The notes: generated by a model not told the origin, from the sequence alone. DNA of 64,000 nucleotides from Thermoanaerobaculia bacterium (GCA_038244815.1 JBBRTB010000016.1:29056-93055); one strand, 5' to 3'; shown: positions 50,668 to 61,715, counted from the stretch's first letter. Made by a program: numbers and translations.

Positions 50668-50937
50668 ATGATCAAGGCCGATATCGTCAACAAAGTCGCG
50701 GAGTCATCGGATATTTCGCGGGTGAAGGCGGCTCAGGCAGTGGACACGGTCATCGAAGGACTGCGGAACGCGCTCGCCCGCGGACAGCGCATCGAACTGC
50801 GCGGGTTCGGTGTCTTTCAGGTGAAACAGCGCAAGAAGGGCATCGGACGCAACCCCAAGACCGGCGTCGAGGTGAAGATTCCGCCGGGCAACACCATCCG
50901 CTTCAAGCCGGGCAAAGAGCTCCGCAATCTTCTGTAA
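50668..50937 (+). CDS. hupB: HU/IHF-family nucleoid-associated DNA-binding protein
   Basis: RGFGVFQVKQR...GRNPKTG arm motif. 89 aa. TATAAT lies 6 nt before the ATG with no Shine-Dalgarno sequence. Confidence 0.8.
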   Translation: MIKADIVNKVAESSDISRVKAAQAVDTVIEGLRNALARGQRIELRGFGVFQVKQRKKGIGRNPKTGVEVKIPPGNTIRFKPGKELRNLL

Positions 50938-50965
50938 CAACAACGACAAACTGTCACGGATGAAA

Positions 50966-50996
50966 GGACGCCGCAACGGCGTCCTGTCTTTTTCGT
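50966..50996 (+). terminator. Rho-independent terminator after hupB
   Basis: GGACGCCG-CAA-CGGCGTCC hairpin followed by TGTCTTTTT. Confidence 0.5.
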
Positions 50997-51097
50997 GAAC
51001 TTCGCCTCCAGCCGGCTATCCGCAGAAACCCGCGGACGTCTGAATCGAATGAAGCTCCGAACAACGACGCCGAAAGGTCAAACAAGGAGAAGACTCG

Positions 51098-51520
51098 ATG
51101 AAGACTCTCATACCCGCACTCGCCCTGGTCCTCGCTGTCGGATGCGCTTCCACCGCCACGAACTCGAACAACGAGGCTGGCGGAACGCCGACGATCGCCG
51201 GCATCACCAGCAATCCCAGAAATGCACCTGAGTTCGTGCTGCTGTCGGCGCCCACCCAGGTCCGTACATACGACTTCAGTGACTCGCTGGGCGTGCGCGG
51301 CTTCCACGTGCGCGGCACGCTCACGAACAAGGGCTTCTATCCAGCCGGTGAGGTTCAGGGCTCCGGCAAATTCTGCGCGGACGGCAAGGATTGGTTCAGC
51401 CTCTCCGAGTTGAAAGTGCACACCGCATCGGATGGGAAGGCACCAATAGCGCCGTACATCCTGGGATGCGCCACCAGTTCCGGCTTCCAGCCTGCATCGC
51501 GAACCATCGTGATGCAGTAA
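51098..51520 (+). CDS. Lipoprotein (hypothetical)
   Basis: Signal peptide with a lipobox (LAVGC). 140 aa. Confidence 0.45.
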   Translation: MKTLIPALALVLAVGCASTATNSNNEAGGTPTIAGITSNPRNAPEFVLLSAPTQVRTYDFSDSLGVRGFHVRGTLTNKGFYPAGEVQGSGKFCADGKDWFSLSELKVHTASDGKAPIAPYILGCATSSGFQPASRTIVMQ

Positions 51521-51630
51521 CGGCAGTCCCACCTCTTTCTTCCTTCCTTCTTCAGGCAGGCCGCCGGTTTGGGCTGAAACCGGCGGCCATTTCGTCTCGC
51601 GGCCATGCACCCTCCGCTACAATCCCGCCC

Positions 51631-53172
51631 GTGCAGCCCGCCCAGTGCGTCCTCGTTCTCGATTTCGGCTCTCAATACACGCAACTGATCGCACGGCGCA
51701 TCCGCGAACAGAACGTTTATTCGATCGTTCATCCGTTCGACTTCCCGGTCGATGCCATCCGCAGACTCGCTCCTCGCGCGATCATCTTTTCCGGCGGTCC
51801 TCAGTCCGTATATTCCGAGACGGCGCCCTGGTGCTCGCGGGAGATCTTCGACCTGGGCGTGCCGATTCTCGGCATCTGCTACGGGATGCAGCTCACCGCC
51901 TATCTCCTCGACGGAAAAGTGGAAGCGGCGTCGGAGCGCGAATACGGGCGCGCGGAAATCGAGGTCGTGTCCGACTCCGCGCTCTTCGCGGGAACGCCGA
52001 AGCGGCAGCAGGTCTGGGAGAGTCACGGCGACCGCATCGTCGAGCCGCCGGCGGGCTTCGTGGTCACGGCCACTTCCTGCAACGCTCCGATCAGCGCGTT
52101 CGAGAATCGTGAGCGCCGCTGCTACGGCATCGAGTTTCACCCCGAGGTCACGCACAGCGAGGCCGGGACGCAGGTGCTGCGAAACTTTCTGTTCGACATC
52201 GCCGGCTGCCAGCCGAACTGGGACCTCGGCGACTTCCGCCGGCGCAAAGTCGAAGAGATCCGCGAGACCGCCGGCAAGAGCCATGTCATCGCTGCTGTGA
52301 GCGGTGGCGTCGATTCATCCGTGGCGGCGCTGCTGGTGGCCGAGGCGATCGGCGATCGACTCACCGCCATCTTCGTCGACAACGGCGTGCTCCGGAAGAA
52401 CGAAGCGATGCAGGTGGTCTCGAGGCTGAGCGAGGGTCTGGGCATGCACATCGTCGCGATCGACGGCAGGCAGCGCTTCTACGAGAAGCTCGCCGGCGTC
52501 GAAGATCCCGAAGTGAAGCGCAAGCGGATCGGCAACGAGTTCATCGCCATCTTCGAAGAAGAAGCACGGAAGATTCCCAACGTCGAGTTCCTCATGCAGG
52601 GAACTCTGTATCCGGACGTCATCGAGTCCGTCTCCATCAAAGGTCCGTCCGCGGTCATCAAGACGCATCACAACGTCGGCGGACTCCCCGAGAAAATGGG
52701 GCTGAAGCTGATCGAGCCGGTCCGCGAGCTCTTCAAGGACGAAGTGCGTCGCCTCGGCGTCGAGCTGGGACTGGAAGAAGAGTTTGTGTGGCGACATCCC
52801 TTCCCCGGACCGGGCCTGGCCGTGCGCATCCTCGGCGAAGTGAACGCCGAACGCGTCGAAATCCTGCAGAACGCCGACGAGATCGTCATCGAGGAGATCC
52901 GCCGCGCCGGCTTGTATCGCGCCATCTCGCAGGCCTTCGCCGTGCTGCTGCCGGTGAAGAGCGTCGGCGTCATGGGTGACGAGCGGACGTACGAGAATGT
53001 GCTGGCGGTGCGGGCGGTGTCGACGACCGACTTCATGACCGCGGACTGGTACCGCATGCCGCACGATGTGCTCGACCGCATGTCCCGCCGGATCGTCAAC
53101 GAGGTGCGCGGTGTGAACCGGGTGGTCTACGATATCTCCTCGAAGCCGCCATCGACGATCGAATGGGAGTAG
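51631..53172 (+). CDS. guaA: GMP synthase (glutamine-hydrolysing)
   Basis: GATase-1 domain (GICYGMQ), ATP-PPase SGGVDSS motif and the C-terminal dimerisation domain. GTG start 7 nt after TACAAT. Confidence 0.9.
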   Translation: MQPAQCVLVLDFGSQYTQLIARRIREQNVYSIVHPFDFPVDAIRRLAPRAIIFSGGPQSVYSETAPWCSREIFDLGVPILGICYGMQLTAYLLDGKVEAASEREYGRAEIEVVSDSALFAGTPKRQQVWESHGDRIVEPPAGFVVTATSCNAPISAFENRERRCYGIEFHPEVTHSEAGTQVLRNFLFDIAGCQPNWDLGDFRRRKVEEIRETAGKSHVIAAVSGGVDSSVAALLVAEAIGDRLTAIFVDNGVLRKNEAMQVVSRLSEGLGMHIVAIDGRQRFYEKLAGVEDPEVKRKRIGNEFIAIFEEEARKIPNVEFLMQGTLYPDVIESVSIKGPSAVIKTHHNVGGLPEKMGLKLIEPVRELFKDEVRRLGVELGLEEEFVWRHPFPGPGLAVRILGEVNAERVEILQNADEIVIEEIRRAGLYRAISQAFAVLLPVKSVGVMGDERTYENVLAVRAVSTTDFMTADWYRMPHDVLDRMSRRIVNEVRGVNRVVYDISSKPPSTIEWE

Positions 53173-53204
53173 CGATGCGCAGGATGTTGTGACCGCTGTG
53201 AGTC

Positions 53205-53238
53205 GAAAAAAGGGGGCACGGCGGAAGACCGTGCCCCC
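53205..53238 (-). terminator. Rho-independent terminator, T-tract on the minus strand, downstream of ftsZ
   Basis: GGGGGCACGG-CGGAAGA-CCGTGCCCCC hairpin preceded by AAAAAA on the plus strand. Confidence 0.55.
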
Positions 53239-53306
53239 CGGAGCAGTGGCCGCGGGTTCCTCTCCCCGTGGCCCTTGCAGCGCACAGAGGCGTGCGCCGT
53301 GATTCG

Positions 53307-54626
53307 CTAGTCGCTCAGGTTGCGAATCACCGTCGGAATATCGAGATCACTTCCGAAATCATTTGACGCCATGGGTCCGAATCCTCCGGAACCATCGGAC
53401 CGTGTGAAACCACCTTTGCGAAAAAAGGGAGGATCGTAGATTTCCCCCTCCGCTCCGATCTGCTGCTGCTGGGGAGCGGCCGGTGCGGCGGGGGCCGCCG
53501 GCTCGTGATGTTGTGCTGCGATCTCTCTCGGCGCGAAGGGGCGGTGCACCGAAGCGGAAACCGTGGCCGCTGCTGCGCGCGTCGCCGCGGACAACTGTTC
53601 TCCGCGCGAGTTGAGCAGACCCTTGGTGGCGGCATCGAATCCCGTGGCGATGACCGTCACCTTGACCTCGTCCTTCATCCTCGGATCGATGACCGTGCCG
53701 AAGATGATATTGGCCTCTTCGTCCGCGGCTTCCTGGATGATCGAGGCGGCCTCATGGACTTCGAACAGCGTCATGTCCGTACCGCCGGTGATGTTGATGA
53801 GAACGCCTTTCGCTCCTTCGATCGACGCCTCTTCGAGCAGCGGCGACGAGATCGCTCGCTGGGCCGCCTCGACGGCACGATGCTCGCCCGACGAAACGCC
53901 CGTGCCCATGAGGGCCATGCCCATGCCGTGCATGATCGTGCGCACGTCGGCAAAGTCGAGGTTGATCTCGCCGGGCACGGTGATGAGATCGGAGATGCCC
54001 TGCACGGCCTGGCGAAGGATGTCGTCGGCGATCTTGAAGGCTTCGCCGAGCGACGTGGCGCGCTCCACGAAATTCAGCAGCCGTTCGTTCGGGATCGTGA
54101 TCAGCGTGTCCACGGTGTCCCGCAACGCGCGGATGCCCTGCTCGGCCTGCACGCGCCGGCGCTTCCCTTCGAAGGTGAACGGCTTCGTGACCACGGCCAC
54201 GGTCAGGGCGCCCAGTTCGGCGGCCAGCGAGGCGATGATCGGCGCCGCGCCCGTGCCGGTGCCGCCGCCCATCCCCGTGGTGATGAAGATCATGTCCGCG
54301 CCCGACAGCGCTTCCAGAATGCGATCGGTGTCTTCGAGCGCGGCCTGCTTCCCGATCTCCGGATTCGCGCCGGCGCCGAGCCCTTTGGTCAGCTTCCCGC
54401 CGATCTGCAGCTTGACCGGCGCGGCCGAAGCCCTCATGGCCTGCACGTCCGTGTTGGCCACGAGGAACTCCACGCCCTTGATGCCGGCCTGGATCATCCG
54501 GTTGACGGCGTTTCCACCACCACCACCCACACCCACGACTTTGATCCTGGCCGTGAGCTGCGACTCCTCTTCGATGGTCACCTTGAGGTTGCTGCTTTCA
54601 CGGTTCGCGTCGTCAAACGTTATCAT
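53307..54626 (-). CDS. ftsZ: Cell division GTPase FtsZ
   Basis: GGGTGTG tubulin signature, NTDxQ motif, and a C-terminal conserved peptide after a linker. 439 aa. Confidence 0.9.
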   Translation of the reverse strand: MITFDDANRESSNLKVTIEEESQLTARIKVVGVGGGGGNAVNRMIQAGIKGVEFLVANTDVQAMRASAAPVKLQIGGKLTKGLGAGANPEIGKQAALEDTDRILEALSGADMIFITTGMGGGTGTGAAPIIASLAAELGALTVAVVTKPFTFEGKRRRVQAEQGIRALRDTVDTLITIPNERLLNFVERATSLGEAFKIADDILRQAVQGISDLITVPGEINLDFADVRTIMHGMGMALMGTGVSSGEHRAVEAAQRAISSPLLEEASIEGAKGVLINITGGTDMTLFEVHEAASIIQEAADEEANIIFGTVIDPRMKDEVKVTVIATGFDAATKGLLNSRGEQLSAATRAAAATVSASVHRPFAPREIAAQHHEPAAPAAPAAPQQQQIGAEGEIYDPPFFRKGGFTRSDGSGGFGPMASNDFGSDLDIPTVIRNLSD

Positions 54627-54676
54627 TACGATTTCTCCGGATTATATATCATTCGCCATTCCGTGCGAACGACGGG

Positions 54677-55909
54677 TCAATTTGCGGCGAACCATGCCCG
54701 CACCGAGTCGGCCACGCGGGCCAGACCGGTTCGGGGACGCTTCCGAACGTTCGCCTTCTGATTTCTGAATCCCCACAACAGCAGACCGGCGGCCGCGGCC
54801 CACTCCGGTCCGTTCACCGTGTCGGACAGTCCGCCCAGTCCCCGGGGCACGCCCTTGCGGGCACTCTGATCGAAGACCTGCTCGACCATCTCCACCATGC
54901 CGTCCATCTCCGCGCCGCCGCCGACCAGGACGACGCCCGAACGGATCTCCTTCTCCAGTCCCACTTTCTCGAGATCGCGATAGACGAGCTTGGCGATCTC
55001 CGCCGCGCGCGGCTCGATGATTCCGGTGAGCTCGTGTTTGGACAGGATCTTCGGCGCGCGGCCGCCGACCGTGGGCACCTCGATGGGATCGTCTTCCGTG
55101 ACCAGAGACCCCACCGCACAGCCGTAGCGTTTTTTGATCCGTTCCGCGTCTTCCATGGGCGTCCTGAGCACCACGCTGATGTCGCTGGTGAAGTGTCCGG
55201 CGCCGACCGGCAGCACGTTCGTGTGCACCACGTTTCCTTCCAGGAACACGGCGTAGTCGGTCGTGCCGCCACCCAGGTCCATGAGCAACACGCCCATCTC
55301 CCGTTCGTCGCCGGTCAGCACCGCCTCGCCCGCCGCCAGTTGCTCGAGGACGAGCTCCTGCACGGCGATGCCGGCCTTGTTGACGCACGTCAGCACGTTC
55401 TGGTTGTGCGTGCGCGCACCGGTGACGATGTGCACATTGGCCTCCAGCCGCGCCGCGGTCATGCCCAGAGGATCGTGGATGCCGTCCTGACCGTCGACGA
55501 CGAACTCGCGGGGGATGACGTGGAGCAACTCGAGCTCGGCGGGGATGTTGATCGACTTGGACGCCTCGATGACCCGGTCGATGTCCTCGCGCGTGATCTC
55601 CTTGTGCTTGCCGCCGACGGACACCACGCCGCGTGAGTTGACCGAGCGGATGTGATCGCCGGCGATCCCCACGTAGACCGATTCGATCTGCAGCCCGGCC
55701 ATCACCTCGGCCTCGTCCACCGCCTTCTTCACGGCGTCGACGGCCTGATCGAGGTTGATGATGTTGCCCCGGCGCGTTCCCTTCATGGGCGCCGTTCCCT
55801 TGCCGATGATCTCGATCTGGCCACGGTCGTTGACTTCGCCGACAAGGACGCAGACCTTCGACGTTCCAAGGTCCAGGGCCACGACGTACTTCTCTTCGGT
55901 TCTGGGCAT
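54677..55909 (-). CDS. ftsA: Cell division protein FtsA
   Basis: Start taken at MPRTEEKYVVALDLGTS (actin-fold phosphate-1 motif). 410 aa. Confidence 0.85.
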   Translation of the reverse strand: MPRTEEKYVVALDLGTSKVCVLVGEVNDRGQIEIIGKGTAPMKGTRRGNIINLDQAVDAVKKAVDEAEVMAGLQIESVYVGIAGDHIRSVNSRGVVSVGGKHKEITREDIDRVIEASKSINIPAELELLHVIPREFVVDGQDGIHDPLGMTAARLEANVHIVTGARTHNQNVLTCVNKAGIAVQELVLEQLAAGEAVLTGDEREMGVLLMDLGGGTTDYAVFLEGNVVHTNVLPVGAGHFTSDISVVLRTPMEDAERIKKRYGCAVGSLVTEDDPIEVPTVGGRAPKILSKHELTGIIEPRAAEIAKLVYRDLEKVGLEKEIRSGVVLVGGGAEMDGMVEMVEQVFDQSARKGVPRGLGGLSDTVNGPEWAAAAGLLLWGFRNQKANVRKRPRTGLARVADSVRAWFAAN

Positions 55910-55926
55910 GCGATCTCCTGACGGTA

Positions 55927-56778
55927 TTAGTTGGTGATCTCTACGTTTTGCGCCGGAACGATCGCGGCGCCGGTGGTTGGTATCGGATGAACTGGCTTGA
56001 GGACGACGCGGTCGGCAAAGCGAAGGTCGGCGTACTCGATGGCCCCGCGCTGGAACCGCTCCGCATTGGCGATGGCGTACAGCGTTCGCCACTTCTCCGA
56101 CAGGTGCTCGGCGTCGGCATAGACGACGGCGCCGAGGTCGCGATCGAACAACGCGAAGGCGTGCGGAGCGATGGGCCTGACTTCCGAGATCCGCGAATAA
56201 AGAAGGGGATCGCGCTGGTGCAGATCGCGAATCAGCCGCGCGCAGCGTTGAAGGTCCGCGGTGTCGGACGCGATGATGACCGGCAGATCAGGATCGCCCA
56301 CCGACGGCGAGAGCGGAGCGAACGGAACCCCGTTCTCGTCCGCGTAACGCAGCGTCGATCCGCTCCGCACCAGAGCCCACGGTGTGCGCTCGGTGATCCG
56401 GATGCGCAGCGTGTCGGGAAGCTTCTTCTCGATCTCCACGCGGCTCACCCACGGCAGAGCGCGCAACTCGCGCTGCACGTGGCCGATATCGATCCTGAAC
56501 AGATTCACCCCGGCGAACCCCGAAGTCACGGCCTCGAGCGTCTGCCGGGACGTGTGCGTCACACCCGTTACCTCGATGTTCCGGACGGCGAAGCGGCCGT
56601 CCGACAGCGTGAGGTGCCAAACCCACAACGACAACCCGACGACGGCCACGGCCAGCGCGGCGCTGCGGCCGACCCGAGTGGCCCGCTGCACGTTGATGCG
56701 GCGCTGATTGCGCTGGATGCGCTCGACGTCGTCCGGACGGAGGAAGCGCGAGGCGGTGGAATCGAAGATGCTGCTCAC
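55927..56778 (-). CDS. ftsQ: Cell division protein FtsQ (POTRA domain)
   Basis: Single TM helix. POTRA-like region. Position between murC and ftsA. Overlaps the murC stop. Confidence 0.65.
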   Translation of the reverse strand: MSSIFDSTASRFLRPDDVERIQRNQRRINVQRATRVGRSAALAVAVVGLSLWVWHLTLSDGRFAVRNIEVTGVTHTSRQTLEAVTSGFAGVNLFRIDIGHVQRELRALPWVSRVEIEKKLPDTLRIRITERTPWALVRSGSTLRYADENGVPFAPLSPSVGDPDLPVIIASDTADLQRCARLIRDLHQRDPLLYSRISEVRPIAPHAFALFDRDLGAVVYADAEHLSEKWRTLYAIANAERFQRGAIEYADLRFADRVVLKPVHPIPTTGAAIVPAQNVEITN

Positions 56779-58160
56779 GCCGCTCCCTCCACCAGTGCTT
56801 CGGCGATCCTGTGGACGTCGCCCGCTCCCATGGCGATGAATAGATCGTTCGGCCGCAGGCGCCGGCGCAACTCGGCCACGATCCCCTCGTTGTCGAGATC
56901 GAGGAACTCGACGCCTTCCCCGGACTCGGAGATCAGGCGGGAGCTGACTCCTTCGATCGGCTCTTCGCGTGCCGCGTAGACCGGCGCCACCAGACCGACA
57001 TCCGCCACGCGCAGGGCCTGCGCGAATTCCGCGGCGAAGTCGCGCGTCCGCGAGTAGAGATGCGGCTGGAAGAGCGCCACCACCCGCCTCTTCGGATATC
57101 CGGCCCTGGCCGCGTCAAGCGTGGCCCGGATCTCAGTGGGGTGATGCGCGTAGTCGTCGACCACAATCGCCCCACCACACTCTCCGAGGATCTGAAAACG
57201 GCGGTCCACGCCGAGGAACCGCGACAGCGCGCGGGACGTAACGGCGGGATCGATGTGGAGCTCGCGCGCGACGGCGATCGCAGCCAGGGCATTGCGGATG
57301 TTGTGCTCGCCGGGGACGTACAGCGCGAACCGTCCCATTCCCGGAACCTCGAACGTGGTCCCGCGCTCCGTGTAGGCGATGTTCTCCGCGCGCACGTCCG
57401 CATGCTTCGAAAGGCCGTAGCGGACGGTCTTGACCCGGACACTGTCCAGCAGCTTCTCCACGGCCGGATCGTCGACGCAGCCGACCACGGCGCCGCCGCT
57501 CTTGATGCCTTCGACGAAGATCCGGAACGCCTCGATGATGGCCTCGAGGCTGCCGTAGTACTCGAGGTGATCGGCCTCGATGTTCGTGACCACGCCGATC
57601 TCCGGATGGAGCTGATGGAACGTACGGTCGTACTCGTCCGCTTCGACGACGAGGAACTCGCCCTGACCCGACTTGGCGTTCGTCCCGAGATTGCGCAGCA
57701 TCCCGCCCACGATGACGGTGGGATCGAGACCGGCTTCTTCCAGAATCGTGGCGATCATGGCCGAGGTGGTGGTCTTGCCGTGCGTGCCGGACACTCCCAC
57801 GGCGCGCTTGCGGTTCACCAGCTCCCCGAGCATCTCCGAGCGGCGGATGACGCGGATGCCGAGTGCGATGGCCTCGTCGACTTCGCGGTTGTGCTCCCTG
57901 ACCGCGGCGGTGACGACGATGGCGTCGACGCCGTGAACATGGGCCGGGTCGTGCCCGATGGTCACAGGGATGCCCCGGCGGAGGAGAAGGTCGGTGGCCG
58001 GGGAGGGCCGGAGGTCACACCCCGATACCGATACGCCCGCACCCTGGAGAATCTCCGCGATGCCACTCATCCCGATTCCGCCGATTCCGACGAAATGGAT
58101 GGTTTTTATGTCACCAAAATGCATTCTGTTCGGGGCGTCGTTAATTGAGAATTTTACCAA
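56775..58160 (-). CDS. murC: UDP-N-acetylmuramate--L-alanine ligase
   Basis: HFVGIGGIGMSGIA and Mur ligase GTHGKTTT motifs. The start could be an internal Met. Confidence 0.85.
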   Translation of the reverse strand: MVKFSINDAPNRMHFGDIKTIHFVGIGGIGMSGIAEILQGAGVSVSGCDLRPSPATDLLLRRGIPVTIGHDPAHVHGVDAIVVTAAVREHNREVDEAIALGIRVIRRSEMLGELVNRKRAVGVSGTHGKTTTSAMIATILEEAGLDPTVIVGGMLRNLGTNAKSGQGEFLVVEADEYDRTFHQLHPEIGVVTNIEADHLEYYGSLEAIIEAFRIFVEGIKSGGAVVGCVDDPAVEKLLDSVRVKTVRYGLSKHADVRAENIAYTERGTTFEVPGMGRFALYVPGEHNIRNALAAIAVARELHIDPAVTSRALSRFLGVDRRFQILGECGGAIVVDDYAHHPTEIRATLDAARAGYPKRRVVALFQPHLYSRTRDFAAEFAQALRVADVGLVAPVYAAREEPIEGVSSRLISESGEGVEFLDLDNEGIVAELRRRLRPNDLFIAMGAGDVHRIAEALVEGAA

Positions 58161-58165
58161 AGCTA

Positions 58166-59263
58166 TTAATTTCTCTGAATACTTTCTATGGAATCGACAA
58201 TCTTTTTTGTAGCTTCCGGTGTGGCCAGTCTCCCCGCTGCCAGACCCATCTGCCGCGTCCGCTCGGGGTTGCCGATGATCTCGTTGATGGCCGCGCCGAG
58301 TTTCTCCGGCGTCAGCTCCGCTTCCGTGATCACGATGCCTCCTCCCGCCCTCTCCACCGCGCGGGCGTTCAGCTCCTGGTGATTGTTCGTGGCCGCGGCG
58401 AACGGCACGAAGATGGCCGGCCGGCCGATCGCGGCCAGCTCGCCGATGGTCATCGCTCCGGCCCGGCTCACCACGAGGTCCGCGGCCGCGATCTCGTCGA
58501 CGATGGGATCGAGGTACGGCACCACCCGCGCCTCCGGAAATGCTCCCGAGGTGCGATACGCGGCCTGAACCTTCTGCAGCTCTCCCGGCCCGGTCTGATG
58601 AACGATGTGCAGACGGTCTTTCAGGCGCGAGAGGAATAGCAGGGCGCCGGTCATGGCGTCGTTGAGCGTGCGTGAGCCCTGCGAGCCGCCGAAGATCAGC
58701 AGGCGAGGCCTCGGGCCTCGGGCCTCGGGCCTCGGCTGCAGGAACTCCGCGCGAACCGGATTCCCGGTGACCACCGCATCCGGACGCTTCATCCGGGTGG
58801 CCGCCTCCGCGAAGGCGACGTCGACTCCCTTCACGAATCTTGCGAGCAGGCGGTTCGTGAGACCGGGAAACGCGTTCTGCTCGTGGATGATCGTCGGTAC
58901 GCCGCGCAGCATCGCCGCGAGCAGCACCGGGCCGGATGAATAGCCACCGACGCCGAGAACGACGTCCGGCTGGTACCTGCCGACGAGGCGAAAGGCCTGC
59001 GCGAAGCCGAGAGGCAGGCGGACGATGTTGCGGATGAGATCGAGTCCGGCCTTTCCCTTGAGCCCGCCGACCGAGATGAACTCGACCGGGAAGCCCGCCT
59101 TCGGAACGATGGTCTTCTCGAGGCCGCGCTCGGTGCCGACGAAGACGGCCCGGCGGTTCTTGTCGCGCGCGACGTACTCGCGAGCGATGGCGATGGCCGG
59201 GTAGATGTGTCCCCCCGTCCCTCCGCCGCCGACCATCAGTGTCTTCACGCCCGCCTCGCCCAT
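58166..59263 (-). CDS. murG: UDP-GlcNAc--undecaprenyl-PP-MurNAc-pentapeptide GlcNAc transferase
   Basis: GGTGGHIYPAIAIA N-terminal motif and the FGGSQGS motif. The linker contains the in-frame (GGCCTCG)4 array. Confidence 0.85.
   Translation of the reverse strand: MGEAGVKTLMVGGGGTGGHIYPAIAIAREYVARDKNRRAVFVGTERGLEKTIVPKAGFPVEFISVGGLKGKAGLDLIRNIVRLPLGFAQAFRLVGRYQPDVVLGVGGYSSGPVLLAAMLRGVPTIIHEQNAFPGLTNRLLARFVKGVDVAFAEAATRMKRPDAVVTGNPVRAEFLQPRPEARGPRPRLLIFGGSQGSRTLNDAMTGALLFLSRLKDRLHIVHQTGPGELQKVQAAYRTSGAFPEARVVPYLDPIVDEIAAADLVVSRAGAMTIGELAAIGRPAIFVPFAAATNNHQELNARAVERAGGGIVITEAELTPEKLGAAINEIIGNPERTRQMGLAAGRLATPEATKKIVDSIESIQRN
58705..58735. repeat. In-frame (GGCCTCG)x4 heptamer array inside murG (encodes PRPEARGPRP in the inter-domain linker)
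   Basis: Direct reading. The unit is the same as in the 50571-50653 element. Confidence 0.5.
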
Positions 59264-59270
59264 CGATTCC

Positions 59271-60368
59271 TCAGGTTGCCTGTTGTGAGAGATTGAGAAG
59301 AATGCCGATCGCCACCAGATTCGCGATCAGGGAAGAGCCACCGTAGCTGACGAGCGGCAGGGCAATTCCCTTCGTCGGCAAGAGACAGAGCGTCACGCTG
59401 ATGTTGATCAGCGCCTGCAGCGCGATCATCAGCGTGAGCCCGAGCGCCGCGTAAAACGCGAATCGGTCGTTGCTGTAGCGCGCGATCCGGAAGCCGCGCC
59501 ATACCAGAAACGTGAACGCGGCGATGAGCAGGAACGCGCCGACGAATCCCAGCTCCTCTCCGACGATCGAGAAGATGAAATCCGTATGCGGCTCCGGCAG
59601 GAAGAACAGCTTCTGCCGCCCGTTGCCGATCCCCAGTCCGCGCATTCCGCCGGTACCGAGAGCGATCAGCGACTGCAGGGCCTGGAATCCCTTTCCCAGC
59701 GGATCGGCCTCGGGATTGAGAAACGAGAAGAAGCGATCGCGCCGGTATGCCGCTCCGAACGCGAATGCGATGACCGCCGGCACGAGCGGAATCGAGATCA
59801 GGCCGATCAACCGCCACGACACGCCGGCCACGAAGATCATGCTGAAGCCGACCAGCAGGACCATGGCCGCGGTCCCGAAGTCGCGTCCCAGGAGAATCAA
59901 GCCTGCGAACAGGCAGAGGACGGAGGCGATCGGGAGCAGCGTCGTGGTCAGCTCGTTGATCCGGGCCTCGCGCCTGGCCAGGAACCTGGCCACGAACAGG
60001 ATCAGAACGGGCTTCGCGAATTCGGACGGCTGCAGGTTGAACCACGGCAGCACGATCCAGCGGTGTGTGCCATTGATGGGCGACTCGAACAGGGCCACGA
60101 CCAAAGTCAGCCCTGCCAGCGCCAGACCGGCGTATTGGACGCGGCGGTCCTGCAGAAGGGCCAGGTCGACGTGCATCAGAAGCATCATCACGGCGCCGCC
60201 GGCGAACAGCCACACCAGTTGGCGGGTCATGAAGTGATAAGCGTCGCCGGCGCCGAAGCGCTGTGTGGCGATGATGGCCGAGGCGCTGTAGATCATGACG
60301 ATGCCCAGGACGACGATGAGCATCGCCGCACCGAAGAGCCAGCTGTCGTAGGTGAGTTTTCGGCTCAT
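59271..60368 (-). CDS. ftsW: Peptidoglycan glycosyltransferase FtsW (SEDS)
   Basis: Start taken at MSRKLTYDSW, overlapping the murD stop (ATGA). FtsW/RodA motifs. Confidence 0.85.
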   Translation of the reverse strand: MSRKLTYDSWLFGAAMLIVVLGIVMIYSASAIIATQRFGAGDAYHFMTRQLVWLFAGGAVMMLLMHVDLALLQDRRVQYAGLALAGLTLVVALFESPINGTHRWIVLPWFNLQPSEFAKPVLILFVARFLARREARINELTTTLLPIASVLCLFAGLILLGRDFGTAAMVLLVGFSMIFVAGVSWRLIGLISIPLVPAVIAFAFGAAYRRDRFFSFLNPEADPLGKGFQALQSLIALGTGGMRGLGIGNGRQKLFFLPEPHTDFIFSIVGEELGFVGAFLLIAAFTFLVWRGFRIARYSNDRFAFYAALGLTLMIALQALINISVTLCLLPTKGIALPLVSYGGSSLIANLVAIGILLNLSQQAT

Positions 60369-61708
60369 GATTTCGGGTTGCCGGATTGCCGGGTTGCCGG
60401 GTTGCCGGACAGTTCTCTGACCAGTTGTTCGAAGTGTTCGCCGCGATACTCGAAGTTTCTGTATTGATCGAAGCTCGCGCATGCCGGCGACAACAGCACG
60501 GTGTCACCCGGTTTGGCGTGCTTCGAAGCCCAGTCGATGGCGTGCTCCATGTCGCCCGCGGGAACGATCGTCGCCGCACCCTCCAGCGCCTCCTCGATCC
60601 GATGCGCGGCCTTGCCGATGGTGATGACGCCGCGCGTTTTCTCCTTGACGAGCTCGCGCATGCGCTCGAATTCCCCCGCTTTGTCCTTGCCGCCGAGGAT
60701 CAGCCAGACGCTCGATGGCGGAAAGCTCTCCAGCGACTTGAGCGTGGCGTCTACGTTCGTCCCTTTGGAGTCGTTGATCCAGCGCACGCCGTCGCGCTCG
60801 CGCACGAGAACCATGCGGTGGGGCAAGCCGGCGAACGACGCGAACGCGGTCTGCACGGAAAGGTCATCGATGCCGGCGGCCCGCGCCGCCAGCCAGGCGG
60901 CCAGCGCGTTCTCAGCGTTCGCGGTGCCCTCCAGCCTCAGCGACGAGCGGGGAATGCGCCGCTGGTTGCCATCGACGCGAATGACCATCTCGTTGCCGTC
61001 GAGGTACGCGCCTTCGTTCACCTTCTGCGACGACGAGAACTGCCATAGTCGCGCGCGCGAATCGGGATGCCCCAACGATGCGTTCACGATCGCGAAGTCC
61101 ACCGGCTGTTGGTTGCGGAAGATGCGGTACTTCGCCGCCGAGTAGGCGTCGAACGTCGGATAGCGATCCATGTGATCGGGCGTGACGTTGAGCAGCAGCG
61201 CGATGTGAGCGTGGAACTTATCGACCGTTTCGAGCTGAAACGAGGACAGCTCGAGCACGTAGGCCCTTTGCTTTTCGAGATCGATCGCGGCGGTGAGCGG
61301 CTCGCCGATGTTGCCGGCCACGATGGGCTGCCTGCCGGCCACGCGCAGGATCTCGCCGATGAGCGCGGTCGTGGTCGACTTGCCGTTCGATCCGGTGACG
61401 GCGATGACCGAGCCTTGCAGATGACGCCAGGCCAGCTCGATCTCGGAGATGATCGGAATCGATCTCGACGCGGCGACCTGCAGCAACGGGATGGTCGTGG
61501 GCACGCCGGGACTGAGCACGATCGTGCTGACGGCATCGAGCAGGATCTCGTCCTGCCGTCCGAACGATCGTTGCACGCGCTCGTCGAGCGGCTGCGGCAA
61601 CGCCGGCGAATCGCTGCTGTCGATGAGACAGACATCCTCGCCGCGGCCGGCCAGAAGATTCGCCGCCGCCACACCCGACTTCCCAGCACCCACCACCAGA
61701 ATTCCCAT
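60365..61708 (-). CDS. murD: UDP-N-acetylmuramoylalanine--D-glutamate ligase
   Basis: GAGKSG N-terminal motif and GSNGKSTT Mur-ligase motif. The C-terminal tail GNPATRQSGNPKS is encoded by the TTGCCGGR array. Confidence 0.85.
   Translation of the reverse strand: MGILVVGAGKSGVAAANLLAGRGEDVCLIDSSDSPALPQPLDERVQRSFGRQDEILLDAVSTIVLSPGVPTTIPLLQVAASRSIPIISEIELAWRHLQGSVIAVTGSNGKSTTTALIGEILRVAGRQPIVAGNIGEPLTAAIDLEKQRAYVLELSSFQLETVDKFHAHIALLLNVTPDHMDRYPTFDAYSAAKYRIFRNQQPVDFAIVNASLGHPDSRARLWQFSSSQKVNEGAYLDGNEMVIRVDGNQRRIPRSSLRLEGTANAENALAAWLAARAAGIDDLSVQTAFASFAGLPHRMVLVRERDGVRWINDSKGTNVDATLKSLESFPPSSVWLILGGKDKAGEFERMRELVKEKTRGVITIGKAAHRIEEALEGAATIVPAGDMEHAIDWASKHAKPGDTVLLSPACASFDQYRNFEYRGEHFEQLVRELSGNPATRQSGNPKS
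60376..60410. repeat. (TTGCCGGR)x4 octamer array spanning the murD 3' end and the ftsW start region
   Basis: Direct reading. The reverse-complement unit (ACCCGGCA) recurs at 29206-29242. Confidence 0.5.
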
Positions 61709-61715
61709 GATCGAT

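Noticed and set aside
55910-56092. N-terminal extension of ftsA (61 extra codons). Similar upstream extensions exist for rnj (to 29254), asnS (to 30578), the lipid kinase (to 33455) and the FAH gene (to 26137).
   Set aside because: Family-typical N-termini start at the internal Met. The extensions are low-complexity and overlap neighbouring genes or intergenic signals.
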